IMG/VR virus record: IMGVR_UViG_3300025015_000025
Coordinates: 53,611 to 73,610 of that record
DNA from: an uncultured virus (IMG/VR IMGVR_UViG_3300025015_000025)
Lineage: Duplodnaviria > Heunggongvirae > Uroviricota > Caudoviricetes
Direction: 5' to 3' (one strand)
DNA length: 20,000 nucleotides
Position 1 is the first letter of the stretch, and every line of letters starts with the position of its first letter. The notes under the pieces are model-generated. The model ran no database searches and was not told the origin of the DNA. It saw nothing but the letters and a program-made list of their open reading frames with translations. This document shows, in pieces, positions 8,407 to 16,154 of this stretch. A program made the translations under genes and the position numbers.

Positions 8407-8447
8407 GACCCTCTCCCCCGGCAACCGGGGGGGAGTGGTCTTTTTCT
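8407..8447 (+). terminator. Intrinsic-terminator-like hairpin between sheath and tube genes
   Basis: GACC-CTCTCCCCCGG, loop CAA, CCGGGGGGGAG-T-GGTC, then TTTTTCT: 11-bp core (one G:U) plus a 4-bp extension and a U tract. Confidence 0.7.
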
Positions 8448-8471
8448 GAGGGGACAATAAAGGAGTCACTC

Positions 8472-8975
8472 ATGTCAAGAATGGACGCGGGGCACTTGGT
8501 TTCCGGCGGGAAGTTTGAACCGCAGCGCTCGGGGCATTTCGAGTTGGAGTTCGACGGCTTTCCGGGAGGGGACACGCTCAAGCTGATGGTCAAGAGCGCC
8601 TTCACTCCCTCGGAGTCCAATGAAGTCATGTCCATGCCGTACATGAACACCTTCTCCAAGTACCCCGGCATGGTGACGATTGAGGAGGGGGAGATCGTTA
8701 TCCGGGACTTCGTGGACCAGGACTCCTTTGACAAGGTGATCCAGTGGCGGAAATCGGTATACGATCCCGAGACGGGCGCAATTAAGTCCAATGACCAGTA
8801 TAAGAAAAACGGCTATCTGTTGCTCGTGTCCAGTGACGGCAGCATAGAGCGCAAGTTCAAGCTCATCAACGCCTGGCCGTCTGCTATAGGCTCCGTGGCA
8901 CTGGAACACGGAAGCGCTGAGGAAATCGGCATCCCCGTCACCATCGCCTTCGACAAGTTCATCAAGGAGGCATAA
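8472..8975 (+). CDS. gp19: Tail tube protein, T4 gp19-like
   Basis: 167 aa, SD AAGGAG. FEPQR..HFELE, PYMN...KYPG, WRKSVYDPETG...YKK, FKLINAWPS, VTIAFD; follows the sheath gene. Confidence 0.92.
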   Translation: MSRMDAGHLVSGGKFEPQRSGHFELEFDGFPGGDTLKLMVKSAFTPSESNEVMSMPYMNTFSKYPGMVTIEEGEIVIRDFVDQDSFDKVIQWRKSVYDPETGAIKSNDQYKKNGYLLLVSSDGSIERKFKLINAWPSAIGSVALEHGSAEEIGIPVTIAFDKFIKEA

Positions 8976-9069
8976 TCCCCACCGTAGAGACATTGTTTCT
9001 TCCCACGCTTACTTCCGACAACCGACGATAGAGACCCGACGGAGAGAAAAATAACTGAAGGAGAACACC

Positions 9070-10020
9070 ATGTCGGAAGTGAAAATTGTAACCCCCTCGC
9101 TCAACAAGGAAACCAGCCGGTTCGGCCCCACGGAGATCCGCCTCCCCTCTGCGGGATTGTTTTACGGGGGGCAGCCTCCGGACGGCATCGTAACCGTCAC
9201 TCCCATGAAAACCCGGCATGAGCGCCTTCTGGCGTCGGTCACGAACGATACCATGTTCAAGACAATGCTCCAGATTTTCAGCGAATGCACGGATCTCCCG
9301 TTCCCGCCGAACGAGCTGCTCCTGATGGATGTCATGTACCTGATGGTGGTCCTGCGGTCCATCAGTCTGGGGCACGACATTGAGCAGACTATGATCTGCC
9401 CCCGGTGTGAGAGCAAGTACACGCATTACATGCGGTGGCCCGACGACCTGGACACGCTGGTGGCCACGGAAGAGGACAAGCCGCCGTTTTACACCGTGCT
9501 CCCCGTGTGCGGCAAGAAATTCGGGTGGCGCTACCTGTTCGGTAAGGATGAGCCGGAGATCACCAAGCGCGTGCGCAAGATCATGGAGGACGCGGCCCAG
9601 GAACGGGACCCTGAGGCGCGCAAGAAAGCCCTGGAGGACCTCAAGAACATCATCATGGTCGTGCGTATGGCGCAGGCCGTGGTCAGCATCGACGGCGAGG
9701 ACATGAGCGCCAATTTCTCCATGCGCCGAAAGATCGAGGTTCTGGACGACCTCGTGATGTACGACGCGCAGTTCCTCGAAACCGCCATGCGGGACAAGCA
9801 ATTCGGGTTTGTGATGGAAACCGTAGCCGTGTGCCCCGAATGCGGGCATGAGACCCGGCAGGACGTGCAGCCGTCCGCGGAGTTTTTTCGGCCCAAGATC
9901 AACGTGGGAGGATATTCTCGAACAGGAATTCCTCCTGAAAATGGGGGGAAAGCTACAACTGACGGAAATCGAGGAGATGACCATCGCCCAGCGCCAGTGG
10001 TGGATGGCCAGGCTGGATAA
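9070..10020 (+). CDS. Tail assembly chaperone (T4 gp26/gp51-like baseplate-hub-assembly family), unshifted product
   Basis: SD AAGGAG. IRLPSAGLFY, PM.T.HE.LL, LLLMD..YL...LR.IS.G, CPRC and CPEC motifs, FFRP; sits between tube and tape measure genes. The conserved-looking part ends at FFRP (~9894). Confidence 0.85.
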   Translation: MSEVKIVTPSLNKETSRFGPTEIRLPSAGLFYGGQPPDGIVTVTPMKTRHERLLASVTNDTMFKTMLQIFSECTDLPFPPNELLLMDVMYLMVVLRSISLGHDIEQTMICPRCESKYTHYMRWPDDLDTLVATEEDKPPFYTVLPVCGKKFGWRYLFGKDEPEITKRVRKIMEDAAQERDPEARKKALEDLKNIIMVVRMAQAVVSIDGEDMSANFSMRRKIEVLDDLVMYDAQFLETAMRDKQFGFVMETVAVCPECGHETRQDVQPSAEFFRPKINVGGYSRTGIPPENGGKATTDGNRGDDHRPAPVVDGQAG

Positions 10021-10060
10021 GTACGCGGATGAGGTCGCGCACATGACGAAAGGGAAATAA
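9895..10060 (+). CDS. +1-frame extension of the chaperone (GT-like), probably reached by programmed frameshifting
   Basis: +1 frame encodes RSTWEDILEQEFLLKMGGKLQLTEIEEMTIAQRQWWMARL, a typical chaperone-extension pattern (..EI..MT...R.WW...L). No good SD/start pair; its TAA overlaps the tape measure ATG. Confidence 0.75.
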
Positions 10061-12960
10061 TGGCCGCCGACACTGAACTGCTCGCCATGCAATACGTGTA
10101 TTCGTTGAAGGACGATATGACCCGTCCTTTGAAGAATATCGGCGACCGTTGGGAGCGGTTCAAGAAGCGGATCGTGTCGGCGGAAAAGGCCTCATCCACA
10201 TCCGTTGGCGTCACCGAGAACACCATTAAGAAGTGGGGGGACGCCTTCAAGCAGTTCGCCAAGAAGGAGCAGGCGGACGAGGTAGCCGGGCGGTTGAATG
10301 TGCTGATCCGGAACATGGAGAAAATCGGGAAGGAGCAAGGGGAGACGGCCATGATCCGCACGGGGCGTCGATGGATTGACGCCCTGATGCCCAAGGCCTC
10401 GTCGGCGGAAAAATCCGGGTTCCTGGAAAAGGTGCTATCCGCCAAGGACATGCGGCGAAAAGAAGTGGAGTACAAGTTGTTTGTCCGCAAGGCTATGCGC
10501 ATCACGGATAGCTGGGTAGCCCAACTGGGCTCCATCGCGGGCATGTTGGCCTTCGGCGATGCCATTGACGACATGGCGGACCTCCAGAATACTATGGCAG
10601 GTGTCGCCGCGTCTGCCAAGGGCGTGGAGGTGGGGGCTGCGGGCATTAAAGCCCTCACCGACCAAGCCGTTAACCTGGGAGCCAAGCTCAAAGTAGACTC
10701 CGCCCTCATCGGGGAGTTCTTTGGTGCGTACGCCAAGTCAGGGATCGCGGCCGATCAACTGGATACCTTGACCTCCAGCGGAGTGAAATATGCTAAGGTT
10801 TTCGGCATGGGCAACGCGGAAGCGGCGGAATTCATCGCCAATCAGGTGCGGATCAACCGCTTATCCCCTGAGGGCATCAACCGCATTGGATCCGCCATGC
10901 TCAACGTCGCCAAGGCCACAGGGGAGTCCACGACGGAATTGATGGGCTTCCTGGGACAGGCGCAAGATTACGTCAAGCGCTTCCGAGCCGGGGATCTGCG
11001 GGAATCCGTGCAGAAGCAACTCCTGGCCGTGCGTGGACTCTTCGGGCAAATCGGCGTGGGAGAAAGCGACATTCTGGACATGCTCCAAAAAGTCGGGGAC
11101 GCCGCTGACGTGGACGGGCATAAACTGCTCGGCATCTACGCCCCCTTGGGGGGAATGTCCGCCCGCGCCGCGCGTGAGGCTATCAATTCCGGCAAGGGCA
11201 TTGACAAAGCCATGACGGCGCTGGTTAAGGGGATGGCACGCAAAGCCAAAGGGATGAATGCGGGGATGATTGACAACTACGCCCGAATGACCGGAAGCAG
11301 CGCAGATATGCTGAGAACTCTGCGCAACGCTTCCGAGGCTGAGATTGACAAGATCGCCAAGTCCATGACGGAGGCGAACGGAAAAACTGATACTTTGGAC
11401 ACGACCTATGATAGTTTCCGAGGCACTGTCTCTGATTTGAAAGACCAGCTCAAAGCCCTGTGGAAGAACGTCATTGGAAACTTTGTCCTGCCCGTGTTAT
11501 CCCCGTTGATTGCGGGGTTAAAGCTGGCCTTGAAGGTGACGGAACCATTCTTTGCCATTGTCTCCAAGATTCCAGGGCCCGTCAAGGCCGCCGCCGTTGC
11601 CCTCGTTATGTTATCCGGCGCGTTGTCAGGGGTTGGGATTGCCAGCACAATTACCGACAAACTTAGCGGATTTCTTGGGATCGCTAAGAAAATACCTGCT
11701 GTTGGAAAGGTCCTGGACAAGCTCTCGGGCATATCTCCTGGAGGATTTCTGGGATCCATCTTAGGGAAGGGTAAAGGGGGCAAAGTCTTGGGGCTTTTCC
11801 AGAGCGCCTTATCCCCTATTTTGAAATTTCTCCCTAAAATAGGGCTTAAATTAGGCCTGCGATTATTGGGAGGCATCGGAATTGCATTCCTGGCGTTTGA
11901 CTTGGTGAAACTTTTCAACAAGTATGTTCTGCGGCCACTGATTGAGAAACTTGGTGGTAAGGAAGCATTGGCGGCATGGGACAAGTTCCTCGGAAAATTG
12001 GCAGCCCCGTTTAAGGCCCTGTGGTCGTCTTTGAAGTCTGGTTGGGTACTCTTCAAAGATAATGTCCTGCAAGGCTTACAGGAGGCATGGGGGCCCGTAC
12101 GAGAAGGGTTTAAAGAGGTGATGGACGCTTTAAAGCCTTTGATTCCCGCGTTCAAGGATCTTTGGTCGGCTATAGTGGATATTTTCCAAGAAATTGGGCT
12201 GTTTAAAAGTAAGGGTGAAGGTGCGAAGGTGTTTTTTGAGTACGTGGGAGCTGCCGTCGGATTACTGGTTAAAGTTCTTGGGAAAGGGTTGGTTCTTCAA
12301 CTGAAATACGTGGCGTTTAGTCTTAAAATCGTAGTAAAAGTGTTTCAAGCCGTGATAAAAGTCATTACTTGGCTTATAAAAGCCGAAAAATCCGTAATTC
12401 GGTTCTGGAAAACGCTTTTTACAAGTCCGGTAAGGGCGTTAACAGGATTATCCAAAGGGGTTAAAGGGTGGGTGGGACAGTTCCTATCCGGCCTGCAAGG
12501 CATCGCGCAAAAGATTGCAGCCTTTGTGCAGGACACGTTCATCAAGCCCATTCAGGCTATTGGCAACCGTATTTTAGAGTTCTTAGGACTAGACAAAGTG
12601 TTGAAAGCCCTTGGAGCCGTGGCACAATTTGCAGGCGGCATCCTTGGCCGGTTCCTAGGGGGAAAGGCAGCTCCGCAAGCCGCTCCACAGGCGGTTCCTG
12701 TAGGCAAGGCGTTAGTTGCTGGAAAGGAAAAGAAACCCTACGCCACCACATTGGACGTGTCGCAACAACTTCTCATGGAAACCCGTGAGCAGAACAAGCA
12801 CTTGAAAAGCATCCTGGTAGCAAATGAAAAGAACAACGACCTGGTAGAAGCGGACACGAAAGACAAGAAGGCACCTGCTTCGGCGGCGCGGCGTAACTCC
12901 GGGTATTCTCGAACTATGCCCGCATACGCGCCCCAAGACTTGTCATCGGTGCAGTCATAG
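10060..12960 (+). CDS. Tape measure protein
   Basis: 966 aa, Ala/Gly/Lys-rich and helical; N-terminal YSLKDDMTRPL; hydrophobic central segments; W/F periodicity (AAWDKF..LWSSLKSGW..AW..LWSAI); follows the chaperone. Confidence 0.92.
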   Translation: MAADTELLAMQYVYSLKDDMTRPLKNIGDRWERFKKRIVSAEKASSTSVGVTENTIKKWGDAFKQFAKKEQADEVAGRLNVLIRNMEKIGKEQGETAMIRTGRRWIDALMPKASSAEKSGFLEKVLSAKDMRRKEVEYKLFVRKAMRITDSWVAQLGSIAGMLAFGDAIDDMADLQNTMAGVAASAKGVEVGAAGIKALTDQAVNLGAKLKVDSALIGEFFGAYAKSGIAADQLDTLTSSGVKYAKVFGMGNAEAAEFIANQVRINRLSPEGINRIGSAMLNVAKATGESTTELMGFLGQAQDYVKRFRAGDLRESVQKQLLAVRGLFGQIGVGESDILDMLQKVGDAADVDGHKLLGIYAPLGGMSARAAREAINSGKGIDKAMTALVKGMARKAKGMNAGMIDNYARMTGSSADMLRTLRNASEAEIDKIAKSMTEANGKTDTLDTTYDSFRGTVSDLKDQLKALWKNVIGNFVLPVLSPLIAGLKLALKVTEPFFAIVSKIPGPVKAAAVALVMLSGALSGVGIASTITDKLSGFLGIAKKIPAVGKVLDKLSGISPGGFLGSILGKGKGGKVLGLFQSALSPILKFLPKIGLKLGLRLLGGIGIAFLAFDLVKLFNKYVLRPLIEKLGGKEALAAWDKFLGKLAAPFKALWSSLKSGWVLFKDNVLQGLQEAWGPVREGFKEVMDALKPLIPAFKDLWSAIVDIFQEIGLFKSKGEGAKVFFEYVGAAVGLLVKVLGKGLVLQLKYVAFSLKIVVKVFQAVIKVITWLIKAEKSVIRFWKTLFTSPVRALTGLSKGVKGWVGQFLSGLQGIAQKIAAFVQDTFIKPIQAIGNRILEFLGLDKVLKALGAVAQFAGGILGRFLGGKAAPQAAPQAVPVGKALVAGKEKKPYATTLDVSQQLLMETREQNKHLKSILVANEKNNDLVEADTKDKKAPASAARRNSGYSRTMPAYAPQDLSSVQS

Positions 12961-12962
12961 CT

Positions 12963-13508
12963 ATGCCCTTCTTCCCCACTACCGGTGATTCCGCATCCTC
13001 CAACGGGGTTACCTTTCCCGTTCCGAAGTCTTATTTGCAAATCGTCGGCGGGGTGAAAATTCCCTTTCAGTTCAAGCCCAAAGGACTGTCTGAGTCCAAC
13101 TCCGCAGCCTATAGCGCGTCTGAAATCATCGGCCGTAGCGCACCCATTCAGGGGTACAACAACTCCGGCCCTCGCACCATAGGTGTGACCTTCATCTTCT
13201 TTGCCGACCCCAAAGACTCCAAAATAGACACAGCGAAGATTAAGGACTACGTGTGGAAGCTGCAATCCACGCTATACCCCGACCATAGCAACGGTGCGGG
13301 TACGCCCCCCCGTTGCATTCTTAAAATTGAGAATTGGTTGAAGATGACCGGCGTCATCACGTCGTGGAACGTGGACGTGCCGGATGACACCCCGTGGGAC
13401 TTGGACGCACGCCTGCCTATGCACGTTGAGATCACCTTGCAAATTATGGAGATTCGTGACTCCTCCATCAGTTACAAAGAAGTGCAAACGGGAGCACATC
13501 AAAAGTGA
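12963..13508 (+). CDS. Baseplate tube-initiator protein (CIS-tube / P2 gpU / T4 gp48-gp54-like)
   Basis: 181 aa. IPFQFKP..LSES.SA.Y....IIGRSAP...Y..SGPRTI, LYP.....PPRC.L, P...EITL..E. Confidence 0.8.
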   Translation: MPFFPTTGDSASSNGVTFPVPKSYLQIVGGVKIPFQFKPKGLSESNSAAYSASEIIGRSAPIQGYNNSGPRTIGVTFIFFADPKDSKIDTAKIKDYVWKLQSTLYPDHSNGAGTPPRCILKIENWLKMTGVITSWNVDVPDDTPWDLDARLPMHVEITLQIMEIRDSSISYKEVQTGAHQK

Positions 13509-13849
13509 CCAACGAACTTCCCGTTCAGGCGGCGTACTACCGGGATCGTCTAAAGGAGATGAAATCCCTGTGGTACGTCGTAGGCCTCGTCCAGGATAGC
13601 GGAGTCTTGTACTATGAGGTTCCGACGATTCCAGCTATCGCGTCAAATCCTGACGACGAGTTTCACATTATCAAACCGAATGAAGTAGCGCGGTTGGATA
13701 AGTTGGCGTACAAGTACTATCTGGACGATACGCTGTGGTGGGTGATTGCCGTGGCCAATGCGATATTCTTCCCCATGGACGAGACTCCCGTTGGGACGGT
13801 GCTTCGTATCCCCTCCAAGCGGGTCGTATACGCGGAGATCATCCGATGA
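13505..13849 (+). CDS. LysM-like baseplate wedge protein (T4 gp53 / P2 gpX-like)
   Basis: 114 aa, GTG start overlapping the upstream TGA; RLDKLAYKYY.D.TLWWVIAVAN......G.VLRIP. Confidence 0.88.
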   Translation: MTNELPVQAAYYRDRLKEMKSLWYVVGLVQDSGVLYYEVPTIPAIASNPDDEFHIIKPNEVARLDKLAYKYYLDDTLWWVIAVANAIFFPMDETPVGTVLRIPSKRVVYAEIIR

Positions 13850-15087
13850 CCAATTTACGTGGCAGCACCGCCTATGTCCCGCAGCCGTTCTTAGCCTACG
13901 CGGAAGTAAAGTTGGGTAGTCTGTACCTATCCAGCTTCGGATCACGCCCACAAATGCTGTTAAGCCTTACCCATGTGCGGTCCATGGAGGATCAGGGAAA
14001 CACTGTCGCAATTCGGGTTTCGGACAGCGAGTGGACCCGTGTGGAGGCGGAGTTATTTGGGGGGGATCGTATTCTGGAGTTCCGGTATGGGTATGTCGGG
14101 GGACTGATGTCTCCATGGTACAAGAGTTCTGCGGACGTGGATTGGAAGCCGGACATAAAATCGGAGGGGAAAGAGATTGAAATTTCAGGGATTTCCCAAA
14201 TCTTCCTCTCAGGTCAAAGCGAACTAAAAACACGGGTATGGCGGGATAAAAGCATCAATGAGATTGTGTCGCAAATTGCGGTAGAGAACGGCTGGAAGAC
14301 AGACGAACGAACCAAACGCTGCGCGGCGATGATGGATCGCTGTCAAGGACTGCGTGGGACACAAGCGGAAATGCGCGTCTACAACCAGTCCAATATGAGT
14401 GACCTGGACTTTGTCAAACACGTCCTTGCCCCGGAATCCGTGGATGAGGAAAGCGGCCGATCCGGGCACACCGTTGCGTTTGAGGATGATACGAAAACCC
14501 TTATATTTAGGCCTCCAGCTTATGAGGAATCTCCTAAGAGAGAGTACACGTGGTGGAACAACAAAGAGACCCCCGTTTTGAATTGGGTAACACAATTCCA
14601 AGGAGCCATGGCCCAAGGCATTGGAACGGGGGGAGCTGCGATTGAAACCGCAACCATCAATAGTGTCACGGGAAAGGCGGAGGTCTACCGGGTCAGCAAT
14701 AACGAAAACACCAGCACCAAAGTTACTACAGGAGGACGCCAGCTCAATCGCTCCAAAGACGCCAGTAATTTAAAACTAGTTCAACCGGCCCAACCAAATC
14801 CGGTCGTGACACAGGCACGTGCTACGGAATTATGGGTTTCGATGATGGACATGGCATGCTATGAGGCGACCATGATTTTAATGGGAGATCCTACTATCAA
14901 AGCCAATGAGACTATAAAAGCAAATATCTTCTGCGGAAACGGTGCTTTGGATCACACATCTGGAATCTACCTTATAAATGAAATTACAGATACCATAACG
15001 CCGGGAACATTCGAGACTACGCTGACCCTGTTGAAAAACGGCTCGCATAGTGGACAGGAGCCTACGGTAGGTCGGGTGAACGCATGA
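13846..15087 (+). CDS. Baseplate hub protein (T4 gp27 / P2 gpD / Mu gp44-like), ~413 aa
   Basis: ATG 13846 (ATGA overlap) preferred over GTG 13735. FRYGY, SINEIVSQIA.ENGW, Q.NMSDLDFV, L.GDP.I, SGIYLI.EITD.I..G.FET.L.L motifs. Confidence 0.85.
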   Translation: MTNLRGSTAYVPQPFLAYAEVKLGSLYLSSFGSRPQMLLSLTHVRSMEDQGNTVAIRVSDSEWTRVEAELFGGDRILEFRYGYVGGLMSPWYKSSADVDWKPDIKSEGKEIEISGISQIFLSGQSELKTRVWRDKSINEIVSQIAVENGWKTDERTKRCAAMMDRCQGLRGTQAEMRVYNQSNMSDLDFVKHVLAPESVDEESGRSGHTVAFEDDTKTLIFRPPAYEESPKREYTWWNNKETPVLNWVTQFQGAMAQGIGTGGAAIETATINSVTGKAEVYRVSNNENTSTKVTTGGRQLNRSKDASNLKLVQPAQPNPVVTQARATELWVSMMDMACYEATMILMGDPTIKANETIKANIFCGNGALDHTSGIYLINEITDTITPGTFETTLTLLKNGSHSGQEPTVGRVNA

Positions 15088-16154
15088 CGATTGCTAAGGG
15101 GCAGCGCCGGTTCCGGCATAACGTAACACAGCAAAAGATTGTTGGCCCTGGAGGTCAACTCTTTGTCATGGTGCGCGGAGTAGTGGAATTCAACGCAGAC
15201 CCTCTGGGACTCAAGCGGTGCAAGGTCCGGGTTCCGACGCTTCATGGGTTCGCCGACGAAGGCCGTATGACCACCGAGGACTTGAAATGGGCGGTTCCAG
15301 GGATTTGCGCCCCGTCGGGAAACGACTTTGGGGAATTTCTTGTTCCTCCCGTTGGAACAGCGGTTATGGTGTTATTTGAGGCTGGGAACCAAGAGAATAT
15401 TGTCTACATGGGTGCAAATATTAGTATCCAAGAAGTGGACGATGTGACCTATCTTGCCACAGACGAGCTCCCTGAGACCGAAGGAGACATGATCGGGGAG
15501 AACCGGACGCCTTGGCATGCCCCCGTCGGGCAGGACGCCCCAGAGGAAACAAACCGGAATAAGAACTTTGTCCCTTCAACCTTGGTCCTGTACAAGAGTC
15601 CCAAGGGAGCACTGTTTCTCATTGACGACCGGGATGAGGCGGAAGCGGTTGAAATTCTGGACCGTTTGGGGCAGGGTCTTAAAGTTTCCGGCCGCATCAG
15701 CACCGTCGCCAATACGGGGAATGCGTTCCGCCGTCATGACGCGGAGATACCGGACTACGCCAACAAAGAGGGAGCCGTTGGTCCGAAGTTGCCTCTACAG
15801 GGGGGTGAAGTTCTTTTGTTTGACTTCCTGGGGCAAGAGATCGCCCTACGATCCTTCACGGGGAACAGAGGCTTGGAAATTGTTCTTCGGGAACCTAATG
15901 GAGACCAAGAACTTCTTATTCACGCCAATCTTTCCCGAGGGGAATTCCGCATCGAAAACACTCTACAGGGAGTGCAACAATTTGGCATCCGCGCTGACGC
16001 CAACCGGATGCGCCTCGCCGCCACGGAAGTGACTATCGTCGGCGAGCGCACGACATTGGAGGGAGACGTGGCTGTTCGGGGCAATGTCTACGTAGACGGG
16101 GACGTGCGAGGAACCGGGGACCTAATGGTCCATGGAGAAATGCATGGACATTAA
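15084..16154 (+). CDS. Central spike protein (T4 gp5 N-terminal OB-fold / P2 gpV-like), no lysozyme domain
   Basis: 356 aa. RGVVEFNADPLGLKRCKVRVP.LHG, L.WA.P, PPVG..V.V.FE.G OB-fold; SPKG...IDD..E; C-terminal 6-residue beta repeats GDVAVR-GNVYVD-GDVRGT-GDLMVH. Confidence 0.9.
   Translation: MTIAKGQRRFRHNVTQQKIVGPGGQLFVMVRGVVEFNADPLGLKRCKVRVPTLHGFADEGRMTTEDLKWAVPGICAPSGNDFGEFLVPPVGTAVMVLFEAGNQENIVYMGANISIQEVDDVTYLATDELPETEGDMIGENRTPWHAPVGQDAPEETNRNKNFVPSTLVLYKSPKGALFLIDDRDEAEAVEILDRLGQGLKVSGRISTVANTGNAFRRHDAEIPDYANKEGAVGPKLPLQGGEVLLFDFLGQEIALRSFTGNRGLEIVLREPNGDQELLIHANLSRGEFRIENTLQGVQQFGIRADANRMRLAATEVTIVGERTTLEGDVAVRGNVYVDGDVRGTGDLMVHGEMHGH

Noticed and set aside
8976..9069. 94-nt intergenic region with CCGAC x3 and TAGAGAC x2
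   Set aside because: Repeats are short and irregularly spaced with only weak stems; insufficient for a CRISPR, ncRNA, promoter or terminator call.
9946..9952. Lambda-type slippery heptamer GGGAAAG
   Set aside because: It is phased as G-GGA-AAG only in the +1 extension frame, so a -1 slip would lead back to the zero frame. It also lies downstream of the conserved-looking WEDILEQEFLL segment. A -2 slip on the G6 run cannot be fully excluded but is less parsimonious.
8962..10736. Long minus-strand ORFs (376 aa at 8962-10092; 401 aa at 9531-10736)
   Set aside because: Antisense shadows of GC3-rich chaperone and tape measure genes; no recognisable protein features.
12667..12699. AAPQAAPQAVP mini-repeat in tape measure C-terminal region
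   Set aside because: Short low-complexity linker with diverged codons; not a meaningful DNA repeat.
13735..13845. Longer GTG start for the hub gene
   Set aside because: Overlaps the LysM-like gene by more than 100 nt; ATG 13846 gives a standard ATGA coupling.
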